Shown piece after piece: positions 27,531-37,668 of a stretch of DNA of 64,000 nt (within the stretch, counting starts at the first letter, position 1; every line of letters begins with the position of its first letter). Below the pieces are notes generated by a model, which saw only the letters and a list, made by a program, of their open reading frames with translations, was not told where the DNA came from and ran no database searches. The stretch covers positions 32,001 through 96,000 of the IMG/VR virus record IMGVR_UViG_3300021405_000007; one strand, written 5' to 3'. Source of the DNA: a virus. The position numbers and the translations under genes are program-made.

Positions 27531-28613
27531 ATGTCAGACTTTAATAGTAGCCTTCCGGTACGCACCCAAAGCGCCGGCGACGTAATTGCCAAAATCTCAG
27601 ACGCTACAACCCCATCACAGCAATTAGCTGTCGATGTTACCGGTAAGATAACAGTAAAAATAGACGACGCTTCTGGCTCTGGTTTAACTTCACAAGTAAA
27701 TGGTACTCAACAAGCTTTAGATGTTGGTATCAACGTTTCCGGTGTCCAAATTGATCCGCGAAATCAAGGCTCTGCTGCTGCAACCCATGCTAGTCCTTGG
27801 TGGGTTCGACTAACAGATGGTACTAATGACTCTTCTTTATTAGCTACTGGCGAACTCAAGGTATCGGTGACTCAGTTACTAACTGAAGATCATAACTATG
27901 GAGCAGTTGGTGCAAGCACGCTTAGAGTAGCTGCTCAAATTGGTAATGCTACTGGAGCAGCCAGTTTTGGGGGAGGTGCCACTAGTGCTCAAACTCTTAG
28001 AACTTCAGCCAATTTAAGTGATGGTGCCGGTACAGCTTTGACCTCTTCTTTGGTCAACTCTAAACAACGATTAGATGTTGGCTTAGCTGCTGAGGGAGTA
28101 ACTGGTGCTGCTGTTCCTTTTGATTCAGTTCAAATTGGTGGTTCAGATGGAACAGACCTAAGAACGTGGTCAATGTTTTCCTCTGGTATTGGTAAAGTTG
28201 GCATTTTTGACTCCCTAGGGAATGCTTTTAGCATAAGTAACCCGTTACCTGTAACTGTTGATACGGTTATTGGTAGCTCAGTTAATGACTTCAAGGATGC
28301 TTCTTCAATCGCTGCAAGTTCTAGTGACAACCACGACTACACCGTAACTGCTGGCAAAACTCTAACTTTAGATCAAATTGAATCAGCAGCTTCTGGTAAA
28401 GCTAAAATGCAAGTTCAAATTGAAACCGGAGTTGCGACAGGGGTATTCAATGCTAAATTTACCCAATTTAACTCAACTGCAACCCCTAGCATGAGTGTAA
28501 AACTGTCTGACCCTATTCAAGTAGCAGCAGGCGTAAGAGTTCGAATTGTAATGACAAACTTAGATGTTAATGCAATGGATTTATATTCAACTGTATCGGG
28601 TACAGAAAATTAA
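27531..28613 (+). CDS. Virion fibre/appendage protein
   Basis: Gly/Ser/Thr/Ala-rich with internal D..G..LTS..V...Q.LDV repeats. Confidence 0.6.
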   Translation: MSDFNSSLPVRTQSAGDVIAKISDATTPSQQLAVDVTGKITVKIDDASGSGLTSQVNGTQQALDVGINVSGVQIDPRNQGSAAATHASPWWVRLTDGTNDSSLLATGELKVSVTQLLTEDHNYGAVGASTLRVAAQIGNATGAASFGGGATSAQTLRTSANLSDGAGTALTSSLVNSKQRLDVGLAAEGVTGAAVPFDSVQIGGSDGTDLRTWSMFSSGIGKVGIFDSLGNAFSISNPLPVTVDTVIGSSVNDFKDASSIAASSSDNHDYTVTAGKTLTLDQIESAASGKAKMQVQIETGVATGVFNAKFTQFNSTATPSMSVKLSDPIQVAAGVRVRIVMTNLDVNAMDLYSTVSGTEN

Positions 28614-28623
28614 AGGGTAAATC

Positions 28624-30975
28624 TTGGCTGATCTATCTTACATTCAATCTACTCAAGAAGTTAAAATTGCTGGACAAGATGCAACTGGCCATAATGTTAA
28701 CTTCGTTGGTGCCGATACCAATGGCAATATGCTGGTTAAAGATTTTGCTGATGGCACGACTGGCTCTGTAACGCCTGCTACTGCGATACAAATAGGCGTT
28801 AAAAATGTAGCCGGTAATCTACAAGCTCCCTCCTTGGATCGGAATGGCTTTTTAAGTACTACTATAAATACGGATAAATCCGTTTTCGGACCATTGATCA
28901 CTTTATCAAGGGTGCAACAATTATCTGCAGATTTTTCCCAAACAGTTGCTGCTAATAATTTATCACAAACAGTAACGGGAACCGGAGTAATAGCTCTTTC
29001 AAACTCCAATGCAACGATATCTAGTGGAACGGGCGCTACATCCTCAGCACAACTCCAAACGATAGGATCTATAAACTATTCCCCTGGTAGAGAAATTTAT
29101 ACTCAATTCACGGCTGCTTTTACTTCACCTACTAGTGCTGCAAGTACCCAATATACAGGTCTTTATAATGGAACCGATGGTTTATTAATTGGGTATAACG
29201 GTCTTAATTTTGGTATAGCAAGTGTTGCAGGGGGATCTCTAACCTTTGTCTCCTCAGCTTCTTTCAATTTAGATACTTTAGCCGGCGCTGCAACGTCTTT
29301 ATTCACTCGGGCTGGTACTCCAGAGGCGGTGAACTTTACTTTAAAAAATGTTTATAGAATTCGTGCCGGATGGTTAGGTGCCGCCCCAATATATTACGAG
29401 ATTCTTTCTCCTGATGGAAATTGGGTAACTTTTCACATAATACGTCAACCAAATAGCTCAGTAAATCCAGCATTTTTACAGCCATCCTTGCCAATTACGA
29501 TGTTGGTTACAAAAACTGCCTCGGATAGTACGAATTTAGTTATTACGACTACTTCCTGGGATGCGGGCATTGTCGACGTATCTTCAGGTGTTGATATCAG
29601 CAATAATGGCACCATTTCAGTACTAAATGGAGCAGTGTTAATTAACACCGAGGAACGTTCAACTGTAGTTATGGACGTTACCGGTACTTGGTCCGGAACT
29701 TTACAAATTCAAGGAGATGTTGGTGATAGTACTTGGAATGCTATATATGGTATTAACACCAATGCTGTTTCCGCTCAAAATTACACAGCCAATGCAACAA
29801 TAATAGTTCCTTGCGCAGGTTTTGCTTCTATAAGAGTTATAGCCACTGCTTGGAGTTCCGGAACTGCTAATGTTAACTGGGTCGCTACACAAGGTATACA
29901 AGGTGTATTAGCTCAAAGTGTGGGGAATATAGCATCTGGACAGCCGGATATTGGTAATCCTATCAAGATAGGGGGGGTTTACAATTCAACCTTGCCTGTA
30001 GTCTCCACTGGAAGCAGAGTAGACTTGCAGGTTGATGCTAATGGTAGGTTAAAACTAGCAGGATCTAGCTATTTTCATCCTATTTTCTCCGTAAGAGTTC
30101 AAAATGTATCAGCTGTTACGACCATTCTTTCTACCTCCCTAACTGCAACCATTAGTGCCACAAAAGCGGGAAACACCATAATTGTGGCCGCATGCTGCAA
30201 TGCTGGCACCCTAACTATAGCAGATAGTGCGTCACAGACTTACTCAACAGCGACAACGTTAGCTGGAAACGGCACCCAAACTTCTAAAATATTCTATTTT
30301 CCTAATACGGCTGCAGGGGTAACCACGGTAACTATTTCTTCGACCTCTTCTACTGACCTAAACTTAGTAGTAGCTGAATATTCGGGAGTTTTGACTGCTT
30401 CTCCTTTAGATCAGACTTCTACCCACGGTCAAACAGCTTCCACTTCTTGGACTAGTAATTCTACTCCAGCTACGGCTCAAGCTTCAGAATTGCTAATCGG
30501 TAACTGCATGGGGACTTTGCATAATAATACAACCTTCACTCCGGCTACTGGATGGAATTCCATAAGTACAGCATTAAGTACTAGGGGTGGTGCTAATTTA
30601 GAACTATTTATGGCTGATCAATATGTACTAGCAACAGGCACATATGCTTTTACCGGGACGACTAGTCAGAGTGATGATGAGTATGCTGCTATAGCTACTT
30701 TTAAATTCGCTACCCCAAACATGATTGTGCCGGTCAATACAGCCGCACTAATAAAGTCGGGCGCGGGAATACTCAGAAAAATTACTGTTAATACAATCGG
30801 AACAGGCTCTGCAAGTGTAACTATTTATGATAATACCACTAATTCTGGAACTATTGTGGCGACTCTGGCTTTAACATCTGCAATTGGATCAGTGGAATAT
30901 AATTTGAATTATGCAACTGGGCTGACGATAGTAGTCAATTCAACTACAGCTGACCTTACGGTGATATATGACTAA
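28624..30975 (+). CDS. Large virion fibre/adhesin-like protein
   Basis: 783 aa, beta-rich, TTG start; domains shared with 30968. Confidence 0.6.
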   Translation: MADLSYIQSTQEVKIAGQDATGHNVNFVGADTNGNMLVKDFADGTTGSVTPATAIQIGVKNVAGNLQAPSLDRNGFLSTTINTDKSVFGPLITLSRVQQLSADFSQTVAANNLSQTVTGTGVIALSNSNATISSGTGATSSAQLQTIGSINYSPGREIYTQFTAAFTSPTSAASTQYTGLYNGTDGLLIGYNGLNFGIASVAGGSLTFVSSASFNLDTLAGAATSLFTRAGTPEAVNFTLKNVYRIRAGWLGAAPIYYEILSPDGNWVTFHIIRQPNSSVNPAFLQPSLPITMLVTKTASDSTNLVITTTSWDAGIVDVSSGVDISNNGTISVLNGAVLINTEERSTVVMDVTGTWSGTLQIQGDVGDSTWNAIYGINTNAVSAQNYTANATIIVPCAGFASIRVIATAWSSGTANVNWVATQGIQGVLAQSVGNIASGQPDIGNPIKIGGVYNSTLPVVSTGSRVDLQVDANGRLKLAGSSYFHPIFSVRVQNVSAVTTILSTSLTATISATKAGNTIIVAACCNAGTLTIADSASQTYSTATTLAGNGTQTSKIFYFPNTAAGVTTVTISSTSSTDLNLVVAEYSGVLTASPLDQTSTHGQTASTSWTSNSTPATAQASELLIGNCMGTLHNNTTFTPATGWNSISTALSTRGGANLELFMADQYVLATGTYAFTGTTSQSDDEYAAIATFKFATPNMIVPVNTAALIKSGAGILRKITVNTIGTGSASVTIYDNTTNSGTIVATLALTSAIGSVEYNLNYATGLTIVVNSTTADLTVIYD

Positions 30976-32218
30976 AGTAACATGGACTCAAATAAAACAG
31001 TCAATTATATCAAATAATTCCGATTATAGCTGGCTCCAAGATGACAATTCTTACACGGTTACCACATTTGGAGGTTCTCAAGAACTAACGGCTATTATTC
31101 CTATTACCGTACCAGCTTCTTCCGATCAGACTGATTTTGAGACCAATTATAAAAATTCAAGTTCAATTCCTAGAAGTAGTCTTTTTCCTAAACCCTTCAT
31201 CGATAACAGTGTGGCTACGACCTTTACTGGTGCAGGACAAACTCTTGTAATTGATACTACTGGCTGTTCTACAGTACAGTATGGGACGATAAACCATAGT
31301 TGGATTGGTGATATAAGCACTGAATTAAGTTATGATAATGGAGCTAATTGGTTTCCTTGTGCTACAGCTGATACAGACCCCTCAACCAACCTACTTATGC
31401 TTGAGTGGGGGGGTGCCTTTTCCTCAGCATTCAACGATGATCCGTGGGAAGTTAATAGCTCTGGTAGTACAAATTTCAGACTTAGAGTTTTAGACTATAC
31501 GTCAGGATCTTTAGATGTAACAATGATATCTTCGGCGGCATCTACGGATGTTGCAACACCATCAAATGATAGGTGGAATGTAGGTACTGCTAGTGCTTTG
31601 AATGGCACAATCACAGGAGCAACCGCCGGCTGTAGTTCATGCGGAATAGCCGTATCAGGTACTTGGTCTGGAGTTTTAACTTTTCAAGCCAGTATAGATA
31701 ATGTTAACTTTTTCAATATTTCAGTTATTGACCTATCAACAGGGTTCCAAATCCCAACCGTAAGTGCTAATGGCAATTATATGACTCCTTGTGGGGGGTA
31801 CAATCTTATAAGAGCTTTAGTTACTTCATACTCTTCTGGTTCAATAGTGGTGACCTTTGATGCAGGTACAGGTAGCCAAGAGGGCTTGTATCCAATAGAT
31901 CCTCCTACCAAATATAATCATATAACCGGTAACGCCACGACCACTGTTAAATCGGGTGTAGGAAGACTTCATTCAATTTGCATAAACAATAATACTACTG
32001 GCGGCTTGATTAAAGTCTATGATAATACGGCGGGATCAGGGACTTTGATAATGACTTTAACTATTGGCACGCCTAGTGGGGGTTTGCTTAGTAGCAGCGG
32101 TCAAGGTGGACCTATTTTTATGGGACCTTTAGGTGTGAACGGTCTTACTTTCACTACCGGTTTAACAGTTGTTACCTCCGGCTCTACTAGTAACGATATA
32201 ACTGTGATTTACCAATAG
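30968..32218 (+). CDS. Virion fibre/adhesin-like protein
   Basis: GTWSG.L..Q repeat domain and KSG.G.L..I..N...YDNT..SGT C-terminal domain shared with 28624. Confidence 0.6.
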   Translation: MTKVTWTQIKQSIISNNSDYSWLQDDNSYTVTTFGGSQELTAIIPITVPASSDQTDFETNYKNSSSIPRSSLFPKPFIDNSVATTFTGAGQTLVIDTTGCSTVQYGTINHSWIGDISTELSYDNGANWFPCATADTDPSTNLLMLEWGGAFSSAFNDDPWEVNSSGSTNFRLRVLDYTSGSLDVTMISSAASTDVATPSNDRWNVGTASALNGTITGATAGCSSCGIAVSGTWSGVLTFQASIDNVNFFNISVIDLSTGFQIPTVSANGNYMTPCGGYNLIRALVTSYSSGSIVVTFDAGTGSQEGLYPIDPPTKYNHITGNATTTVKSGVGRLHSICINNNTTGGLIKVYDNTAGSGTLIMTLTIGTPSGGLLSSSGQGGPIFMGPLGVNGLTFTTGLTVVTSGSTSNDITVIYQ

Positions 32219-32230
32219 GATAAAGTAATC

Positions 32231-32635
32231 ATGCCCTCGAATACTACTTATAATCCTCCTAACATTTACTCTTTTACAAAAACAGCATTACTTTTTTCTG
32301 CTCGAGGAATTTCGACAACAGTTACAGCTGGCTCATCTGCAAATTTAGATATAACTATGACCGATGATTGTTTATTGACTGGCGTAGAGTTAATAACAGA
32401 GGCCGCTGCTTTTGGAGATACCTTAACTCTTCAAGTGTTGGATCCAACTAAAACTGTAGTATTAGAAACAGCAGCATCCAATTGGTATATAAGTTCAACC
32501 TCAGATCAGCAATTTGAAATGGTTTATCCAGCAAAGATTTTAGCTGGTTTAACCTTAAGAGTGATTTATACCTCAGTCGGAACTTCAAATGTATTTTTAG
32601 CAATTAACTACAAACTCCATACAGTATTGATATAA
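32231..32635 (+). CDS. Virion structural protein (beta-sandwich)
   Basis: Last gene of the fibre cluster; beta-rich. Confidence 0.5.
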   Translation: MPSNTTYNPPNIYSFTKTALLFSARGISTTVTAGSSANLDITMTDDCLLTGVELITEAAAFGDTLTLQVLDPTKTVVLETAASNWYISSTSDQQFEMVYPAKILAGLTLRVIYTSVGTSNVFLAINYKLHTVLI

Positions 32636-32757
32636 TCATTTTTTGTTGGTTGTATGCTTCCATGTCTCATCGCTTATTTGACTCTTTGCTTGATCCCCAT
32701 ACTTGATTCCACACTTGAGCCCATATTTGATCTTTTATTTTATATATTTTACTCATT

Positions 32758-33231
32758 TTATTTGCTTCCTTCCTTTCTAAAAATTTTAAAAGTATTCATA
32801 AAAGTATCTACGATCTCCACTCCAAAATCTCTAAAGATTGGCTGCAATTCATATTTCAAACTATCTTGAAATTCAACTTTATTTTCTTCTAATTTAGAAT
32901 AATTTTCTTGAGTTATATAAACTTCGAAAAATTCAGTAACAGCTAGATTCATAGCTTCTTCTACAAAATTTTTAAGTGATCCAAAAGTAGAAATTAAATG
33001 AGAATTATGAACATAATTCAATTTTACTACTATAGATACATCAAATTGGAGTATATCAGGAGAGAAGTTTAATTTAATACTTTTTAAGTTTTCATCCAAG
33101 GAATGAGAAGCTATCTTAAAATCGGACCAATTTAAAACAATATTAGTCGAAGGAAAATAAAGGTTTGATTGAGAAATAGAAGGAACTTCTAGATGTTTGG
33201 AATTAAATAACTTTTTTAGAAAAGAGAACAT
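32758..33231 (-). CDS. SPFH/band-7-like domain protein
   Basis: V.L.Y.V...L...F.DFGVEI.D pattern. Confidence 0.4.
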   Translation of the reverse strand: MFSFLKKLFNSKHLEVPSISQSNLYFPSTNIVLNWSDFKIASHSLDENLKSIKLNFSPDILQFDVSIVVKLNYVHNSHLISTFGSLKNFVEEAMNLAVTEFFEVYITQENYSKLEENKVEFQDSLKYELQPIFRDFGVEIVDTFMNTFKIFRKEGSK

Positions 33232-33239
33232 CGACTTTT

Positions 33240-33464
33240 TTATTCCTTAACGTCTATTTCTTTGACTTTGGCTAACATGAGGCAATCTGAATCTGATTTT
33301 GAGTAAGGATAGATTTCATAAATCTCTTCATTGTAATCTTTTTGAAACTCGATCGCTTGATCTCTACTTAGGAAGAAATCCTGATATATTTCAGACTCCG
33401 AGAGAATCTCTTCATTATCTTCTGAAAACTCATAGTGATCGGTATAAACGACATATATTTTCAT
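33240..33464 (-). CDS. Small acidic hypothetical protein
   Basis: MKIYVV...F.SRDQA pattern; overlapping start/stop. Confidence 0.55.
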   Translation of the reverse strand: MKIYVVYTDHYEFSEDNEEILSESEIYQDFFLSRDQAIEFQKDYNEEIYEIYPYSKSDSDCLMLAKVKEIDVKE

Positions 33465-33694
33465 TTTTCTTCCTCTTTATATAATCCGTACGAAGTTAAA
33501 TAGAAGTGAGACCGCTCTCTAACTACAACTTGAATATCAGATAAAGTCAATCTAACAATTGAATCGCATCCAGGGCAGTCAAAAAACTTCTCTCCACTTC
33601 TATAACCATAATCTCGTAACTCCCGGTAATGCTTAATTATTGTATAAAGATTGCAATTTAAGCATTTTACTTTAAATTTGACTCTAACACTCAT
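33461..33694 (-). CDS. Zinc-ribbon protein
   Basis: CLNC...CPGC. Confidence 0.55.
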   Translation of the reverse strand: MSVRVKFKVKCLNCNLYTIIKHYRELRDYGYRSGEKFFDCPGCDSIVRLTLSDIQVVVRERSHFYLTSYGLYKEEEK

Positions 33695-33708
33695 TTTTTT
33701 GCTTTTTT

Positions 33709-33734
33709 ATTCTTGAGGGCTAGTTACCACAGGA
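33709..33734 (+). repeat. 26-bp exact direct repeat, copy 1
   Basis: ATTCTTGAGGGCTAGTTACCACAGGA, identical to 35262-35287. Confidence 0.92.
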
Positions 33735-34071
33735 TATCCTTTTCTAACTCTTCTAAGATTTTTATCGAAGGTGCCAACTCATATAATCTTTCTCTTAAGA
33801 CTTCTTGCTTCTGATCAAAAGCTTTTAATTCCTTAATCAATCTTATTTTTCTTATATATACCATTTTTAAAGCTTTTTCTATGGCCGCTTTTTCATCGAC
33901 ACAATACTCGGAAGGAGAAGTGAAACCAATTTTATCTATTAAAATACTACATTTTCCTAGAGGGCTTTTATCATCGATTGAAAGCTTCTTATATTCGGAG
34001 GAGTCGTGCTCACTTATTCCGGTTGGCGTTCCTTTGAACTTTAGAACATGTTTAGTCACGTATATTTTCAT
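33724..34071 (-). CDS. Hypothetical protein
   Basis: 115 aa; its stop codon lies within the direct repeat. Confidence 0.55.
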   Translation of the reverse strand: MKIYVTKHVLKFKGTPTGISEHDSSEYKKLSIDDKSPLGKCSILIDKIGFTSPSEYCVDEKAAIEKALKMVYIRKIRLIKELKAFDQKQEVLRERLYELAPSIKILEELEKDILW

Positions 34072-34268
34072 TTTAGCACCATAATAGCTATCCCTATTGC
34101 AAAAATTACTAGCCCAAAAACTGCTAAACCTATTAAAGTAGCGATAAATTGAGCAGCATAAAATCCCAGAGTAGCTTTAAATACCGTTTTAAATCCCATG
34201 TTTGCTCCGATACTCGCCATTATTTTTTCTTTATCATCATTCTTCATTTTTTGTTTCCTCTTGCTCAA
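34068..34268 (-). CDS. Small membrane protein
   Basis: C-terminal TM helix. Confidence 0.5.
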   Translation of the reverse strand: MSKRKQKMKNDDKEKIMASIGANMGFKTVFKATLGFYAAQFIATLIGLAVFGLVIFAIGIAIMVLK

Positions 34269-34431
34269 TTAAATTTGACTTTAACATATAAAGAGCTGTA
34301 ACGATATTGGCTACTTCAGAGGATAATTTATAATTAAGAGTATAACCAGAATCCTTATAGTCTTGAACTATAGCCTCGAATTTAATGATTAAAAATTCTT
34401 TAGTTTCTTTATTCATTTTTTTATCTTTCAA
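34237..34431 (-). CDS. Hypothetical protein
   Basis: Packed in the minus-strand operon. Confidence 0.45.
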   Translation of the reverse strand: MKDKKMNKETKEFLIIKFEAIVQDYKDSGYTLNYKLSSEVANIVTALYMLKSNLIEQEETKNEE

Positions 34432-34479
34432 AATTATTTTGAAACGTCTGAAGGTATTCCGGAACTTGTTTAAATTTTT

Positions 34480-35469
34480 TCATTTTAATCCTATCTCCTT
34501 TAAACGTTCTTCTAAGAACTCTCTTGCAGTATATCTCTCCGAAAGAATAAAGTCACTAGGAGGATGAAAGAAAAAGGGTATTGAATAGCGACTATGTTCT
34601 TCACCCCACCTAGTATTAATAACTCTATGAGTAGTGCTTTTAAGTGCGCCTCCAGTCAATTCCTGCAGCATATCTCCAATATTCACAATTATCAACCTGC
34701 TTGAAGTAGGCGCACTTATCCAAGAACCATCCGAAGCCTTTATTTGCAGTCCAGTTGATCGAGAAGCTGGAAGTAAGGTGAGTAGATTGATATCCTCATG
34801 TTCAGCTGCTCGCATACCTATAGGATTAGCCCCAGTTGGAGGATAGTGTAGCACTCTTAATAAAGAGTTATTTTTTGTAGTGTCTTTAGCAATTTTTGAA
34901 AGTTGGGGTAACTTCAAGTCTTTGGCTATAACATTGATCAATATACCACCTAACTCGTCTAAAGCATTATAAGCTAGAGCGAAATTGGATAAATGGAAGG
35001 GGGATACTAAGGAATGCGGAATATGCAAAAACTCCTTTAAATCAGGAATAGTTTGATCTTTAGCTTTTTCAGTTTTAAAGGGGGTATAGCCTATTTGACC
35101 ATTTGTTTCTGGATAATGAAAAATCATTTTAAATTGAAGAGCTTGAGCAAAAAAATGTTCAGCAGCATCTTTAGCTGCATGCAAGTGATATGTTTTAAAA
35201 TTGGCAAGCCAATCAATAGGGTTAATAGCAGCAAAACCAATAGTTTTAAAGGCTTGCAATAATTCTTGAGGGCTAGTTACCACAGGAATGGTTTTTGTGG
35301 TAAGGTTGTTACAATGCTCAATATAAGCTTCAGTCTGTCTTTCTTCGATTAATTTTAAAACTTTCAATAAAGTTGAAACTTCCACAATATTTGTTGGACT
35401 CGTAGATTGTGAATAAGTAGCCATTTGTTTTTGTAATTCGGCCAAAATTCTATTTTTTAGAATTTCCAT
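34480..35469 (-). CDS. IPNS-like 2-oxoglutarate/Fe(II) oxygenase with a foreign N-terminal extension
   Basis: LLRVLHYPP, HED (HxD), GLQI, VNIGDML, STTHRV, RYS; GGAGG RBS before ATG 35469. Confidence 0.9.
   Translation of the reverse strand: MEILKNRILAELQKQMATYSQSTSPTNIVEVSTLLKVLKLIEERQTEAYIEHCNNLTTKTIPVVTSPQELLQAFKTIGFAAINPIDWLANFKTYHLHAAKDAAEHFFAQALQFKMIFHYPETNGQIGYTPFKTEKAKDQTIPDLKEFLHIPHSLVSPFHLSNFALAYNALDELGGILINVIAKDLKLPQLSKIAKDTTKNNSLLRVLHYPPTGANPIGMRAAEHEDINLLTLLPASRSTGLQIKASDGSWISAPTSSRLIIVNIGDMLQELTGGALKSTTHRVINTRWGEEHSRYSIPFFFHPPSDFILSERYTAREFLEERLKEIGLK
35262..35287 (+). repeat. 26-bp exact direct repeat, copy 2
   Basis: Identical to 33709-33734; encodes PVVTSPQE on the minus strand. 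Confidence 0.92.
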
Positions 35470-35489
35470 AATTTTTACCTCCAAATAAC

Positions 35490-35517
35490 TCTTTGGAATT
35501 CTATTTAAAAAACTTTA
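35490..35517 (-). promoter_or_regulatory. Possible degenerate sigma-28 promoter
   Basis: TAAAGTTT-N12-TCCAAAGA upstream of the oxygenase RBS. Confidence 0.45.
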
Positions 35518-35527
35518 ACTCAAAAAA

Positions 35528-36232
35528 TTAAATATTCCAATTATTGGCTTTCAAAGCAGAAATTGCTATAGGACATACATTAGCCTTTTCAACTGCTTCA
35601 AGCATCAATTCAGCCACTTTTCTAATTTCTGGTTGAGCGTGCTCAGAATTACGTAACTTTTGGTAATTTGCAAAAGATCTTAAATTAAAGATGGTTACAC
35701 GTTCAGTCATATTATTTTGAGGCAAAACCCCTCGGAAAAACTCTCTACAGCGTTTATATTCTTTATTTGTAATGATTTTGTGTTCTTCGCACCCTTTAAA
35801 CTCCTTAAGAATTAAACTATAGAAAAGGTTAGTTTTTTTGCACAATTCCTTGTAAGTCTCGGTAATTTCTCCAGAAATGGAGTTGTCAGCTCTACTCATA
35901 ATCTCTTTAATGTCGTCAGGTATATTCAGCCATTCACTAGGCATTGTACGATACCGACCAGACATTCCGTTATGGGAACCTATTCTGTGAGTCATGTGCT
36001 GGCGGTCAGTTTGAATAGGCATTTTTATCCAAAACCTAAGAACCACGGATTCAATGGGAGAAGCATGTTTTTGATCGATTAGTAATTTGACAATTCTTTC
36101 TACGTCTAAGTCTGTCTTTGAATTTTTTGATGAAAGGGTGTTGGAGGAAGTCCAAGCTGCCTCGGCAATGGCACGATCAGAGCCCATCCAATCTTGGAGT
36201 TCTACTTGAATTTGATTATTGTTTACGGTCAT
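35528..36232 (-). CDS. thyX: FAD-dependent thymidylate synthase
   Basis: H.SP.E, RQHMTHR.....SGRY, R..LP, NLRS, HAQPEIR. Confidence 0.92.
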   Translation of the reverse strand: MTVNNNQIQVELQDWMGSDRAIAEAAWTSSNTLSSKNSKTDLDVERIVKLLIDQKHASPIESVVLRFWIKMPIQTDRQHMTHRIGSHNGMSGRYRTMPSEWLNIPDDIKEIMSRADNSISGEITETYKELCKKTNLFYSLILKEFKGCEEHKIITNKEYKRCREFFRGVLPQNNMTERVTIFNLRSFANYQKLRNSEHAQPEIRKVAELMLEAVEKANVCPIAISALKANNWNI

Positions 36233-36245
36233 TTTTCAGATACCT

Positions 36246-36650
36246 CTATAATTCTTTCTGAATTTGTTTTCTGATGGCTTCCAGCCATTTTGCCTTAGCT
36301 TTTTCTATCTTTAGATTGTATTCGATCTCTTCTTTAAGAAGTTTCTTTCTTCTTTCATAACTACCCCTTTTAGTAATTGAGATTTTAATATATTTTTTAA
36401 ATAAATAACCATATGACAATACTGAAAAAATAAAAACACTCAGCGAATAAGCTATCGCGCCCCACATTAATTGCCCGAACTCAGAACTTTGCATCCCAAA
36501 TACAAAGGCTACAGGTATAGAAATGAGGTATATCAATACAGAAATCACAAAACATCGTATAAATATTGAAGCATTCCAAGCAAATAATCCTACAGTAAAT
36601 GGCAGTGTCATAGGTATATAAAACATTAACGAAAATAATAATTCCATCAT
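36246..36650 (-). CDS. Membrane protein
   Basis: About three TM helices plus a basic coiled tail. Confidence 0.55.
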   Translation of the reverse strand: MMELLFSLMFYIPMTLPFTVGLFAWNASIFIRCFVISVLIYLISIPVAFVFGMQSSEFGQLMWGAIAYSLSVFIFSVLSYGYLFKKYIKISITKRGSYERRKKLLKEEIEYNLKIEKAKAKWLEAIRKQIQKEL

Positions 36651-36682
36651 CAGTTCCTTTTTTTAAATTTTTTGATATAATA

Positions 36683-37129
36683 TCACGGAGCTTTTAATAT
36701 AGTTGATTGCATAGCCATTAATTTTTTAATCGCATCCGCCTGTGCCTGAATAGCGGCAGAAACCCCTTTAGTGCTATCAAAAACTATTACTCCGGAATTA
36801 TTATAAACTTGGTAAGATGTTTTGACTTCAGGATAATAATACTGAATCGCTGCTACGGCCTCTGGTACACTTGAATACCCTATATATTTGCCATCTTCGG
36901 CCACAGTTAAATGTTCAAGGGCATTAGCAATCTCTTGATCTGCCCACACCACCAGTAAAGTTTTGGCCTCCAATTTCTCGTTTAATAACTGAATTTCAGC
37001 ATCGATACGAGCACTTTCTGTATTATCTGCTTTTTGCTCTTTGTTTTGAAGTGTTTCCATAGTGGCAAAAGGATCCGACTGCGGACCACAAGAAACTATG
37101 AAAAGGGTTAAGAGCAAAAATTTATACAT
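36683..37129 (-). CDS. Putative lipoprotein
   Basis: MYKFLLLTLFIVSC lipobox-like signal. Confidence 0.6.
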   Translation of the reverse strand: MYKFLLLTLFIVSCGPQSDPFATMETLQNKEQKADNTESARIDAEIQLLNEKLEAKTLLVVWADQEIANALEHLTVAEDGKYIGYSSVPEAVAAIQYYYPEVKTSYQVYNNSGVIVFDSTKGVSAAIQAQADAIKKLMAMQSTILKAP

Positions 37130-37341
37130 TTATTGTCCTTCTGTCATGGTTATAAGTGTTTTTTTTCATACTTACTTCTTTTTTTCTAAATTTGAAGGAA
37201 AATTGACCAAGGAAGCACCAAGAATAAGCGCAACCGCATAACTTGATAGTGCAGTAATCATAAAGCTATAAATCAATTTATCTTTCATTTTCATATTTCT
37301 TAGCCTCCATAAATACCTCTTCGGCATTTTTAAGGAAAACT

Positions 37342-37668
37342 TTAGCTCCAAATTATCGGAGGAGAACGACCCTCCCAACTATCAATTAACTCACAATACT
37401 TTAGCATTTGAATATTAAAGTCATAAGAAATACCTTCCACAACAGATAAATGAGCATCATCGAGTGACATTTCAAGTATCTTGATGTTTCGTTGACAATC
37501 ATAAAGTAATATGAATCCATCAACAGTGTAAAAAGTTTTAAGATATATATTTGATCTAGCGCCTATAAAGACATTTATATCAAAAATGGTATTAGAAAAA
37601 TATGCCAAAGATTTAGCTCCCACAAACACCCCCTTTTCCAATTTCACAGATATCAGCACTTTCTTCAA
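37342..37668 (-). CDS. Hypothetical protein (start uncertain)
   Basis: Fills the space downstream of the RNR gene. Confidence 0.35.
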   Translation of the reverse strand: MKKVLISVKLEKGVFVGAKSLAYFSNTIFDINVFIGARSNIYLKTFYTVDGFILLYDCQRNIKILEMSLDDAHLSVVEGISYDFNIQMLKYCELIDSWEGRSPPIIWS

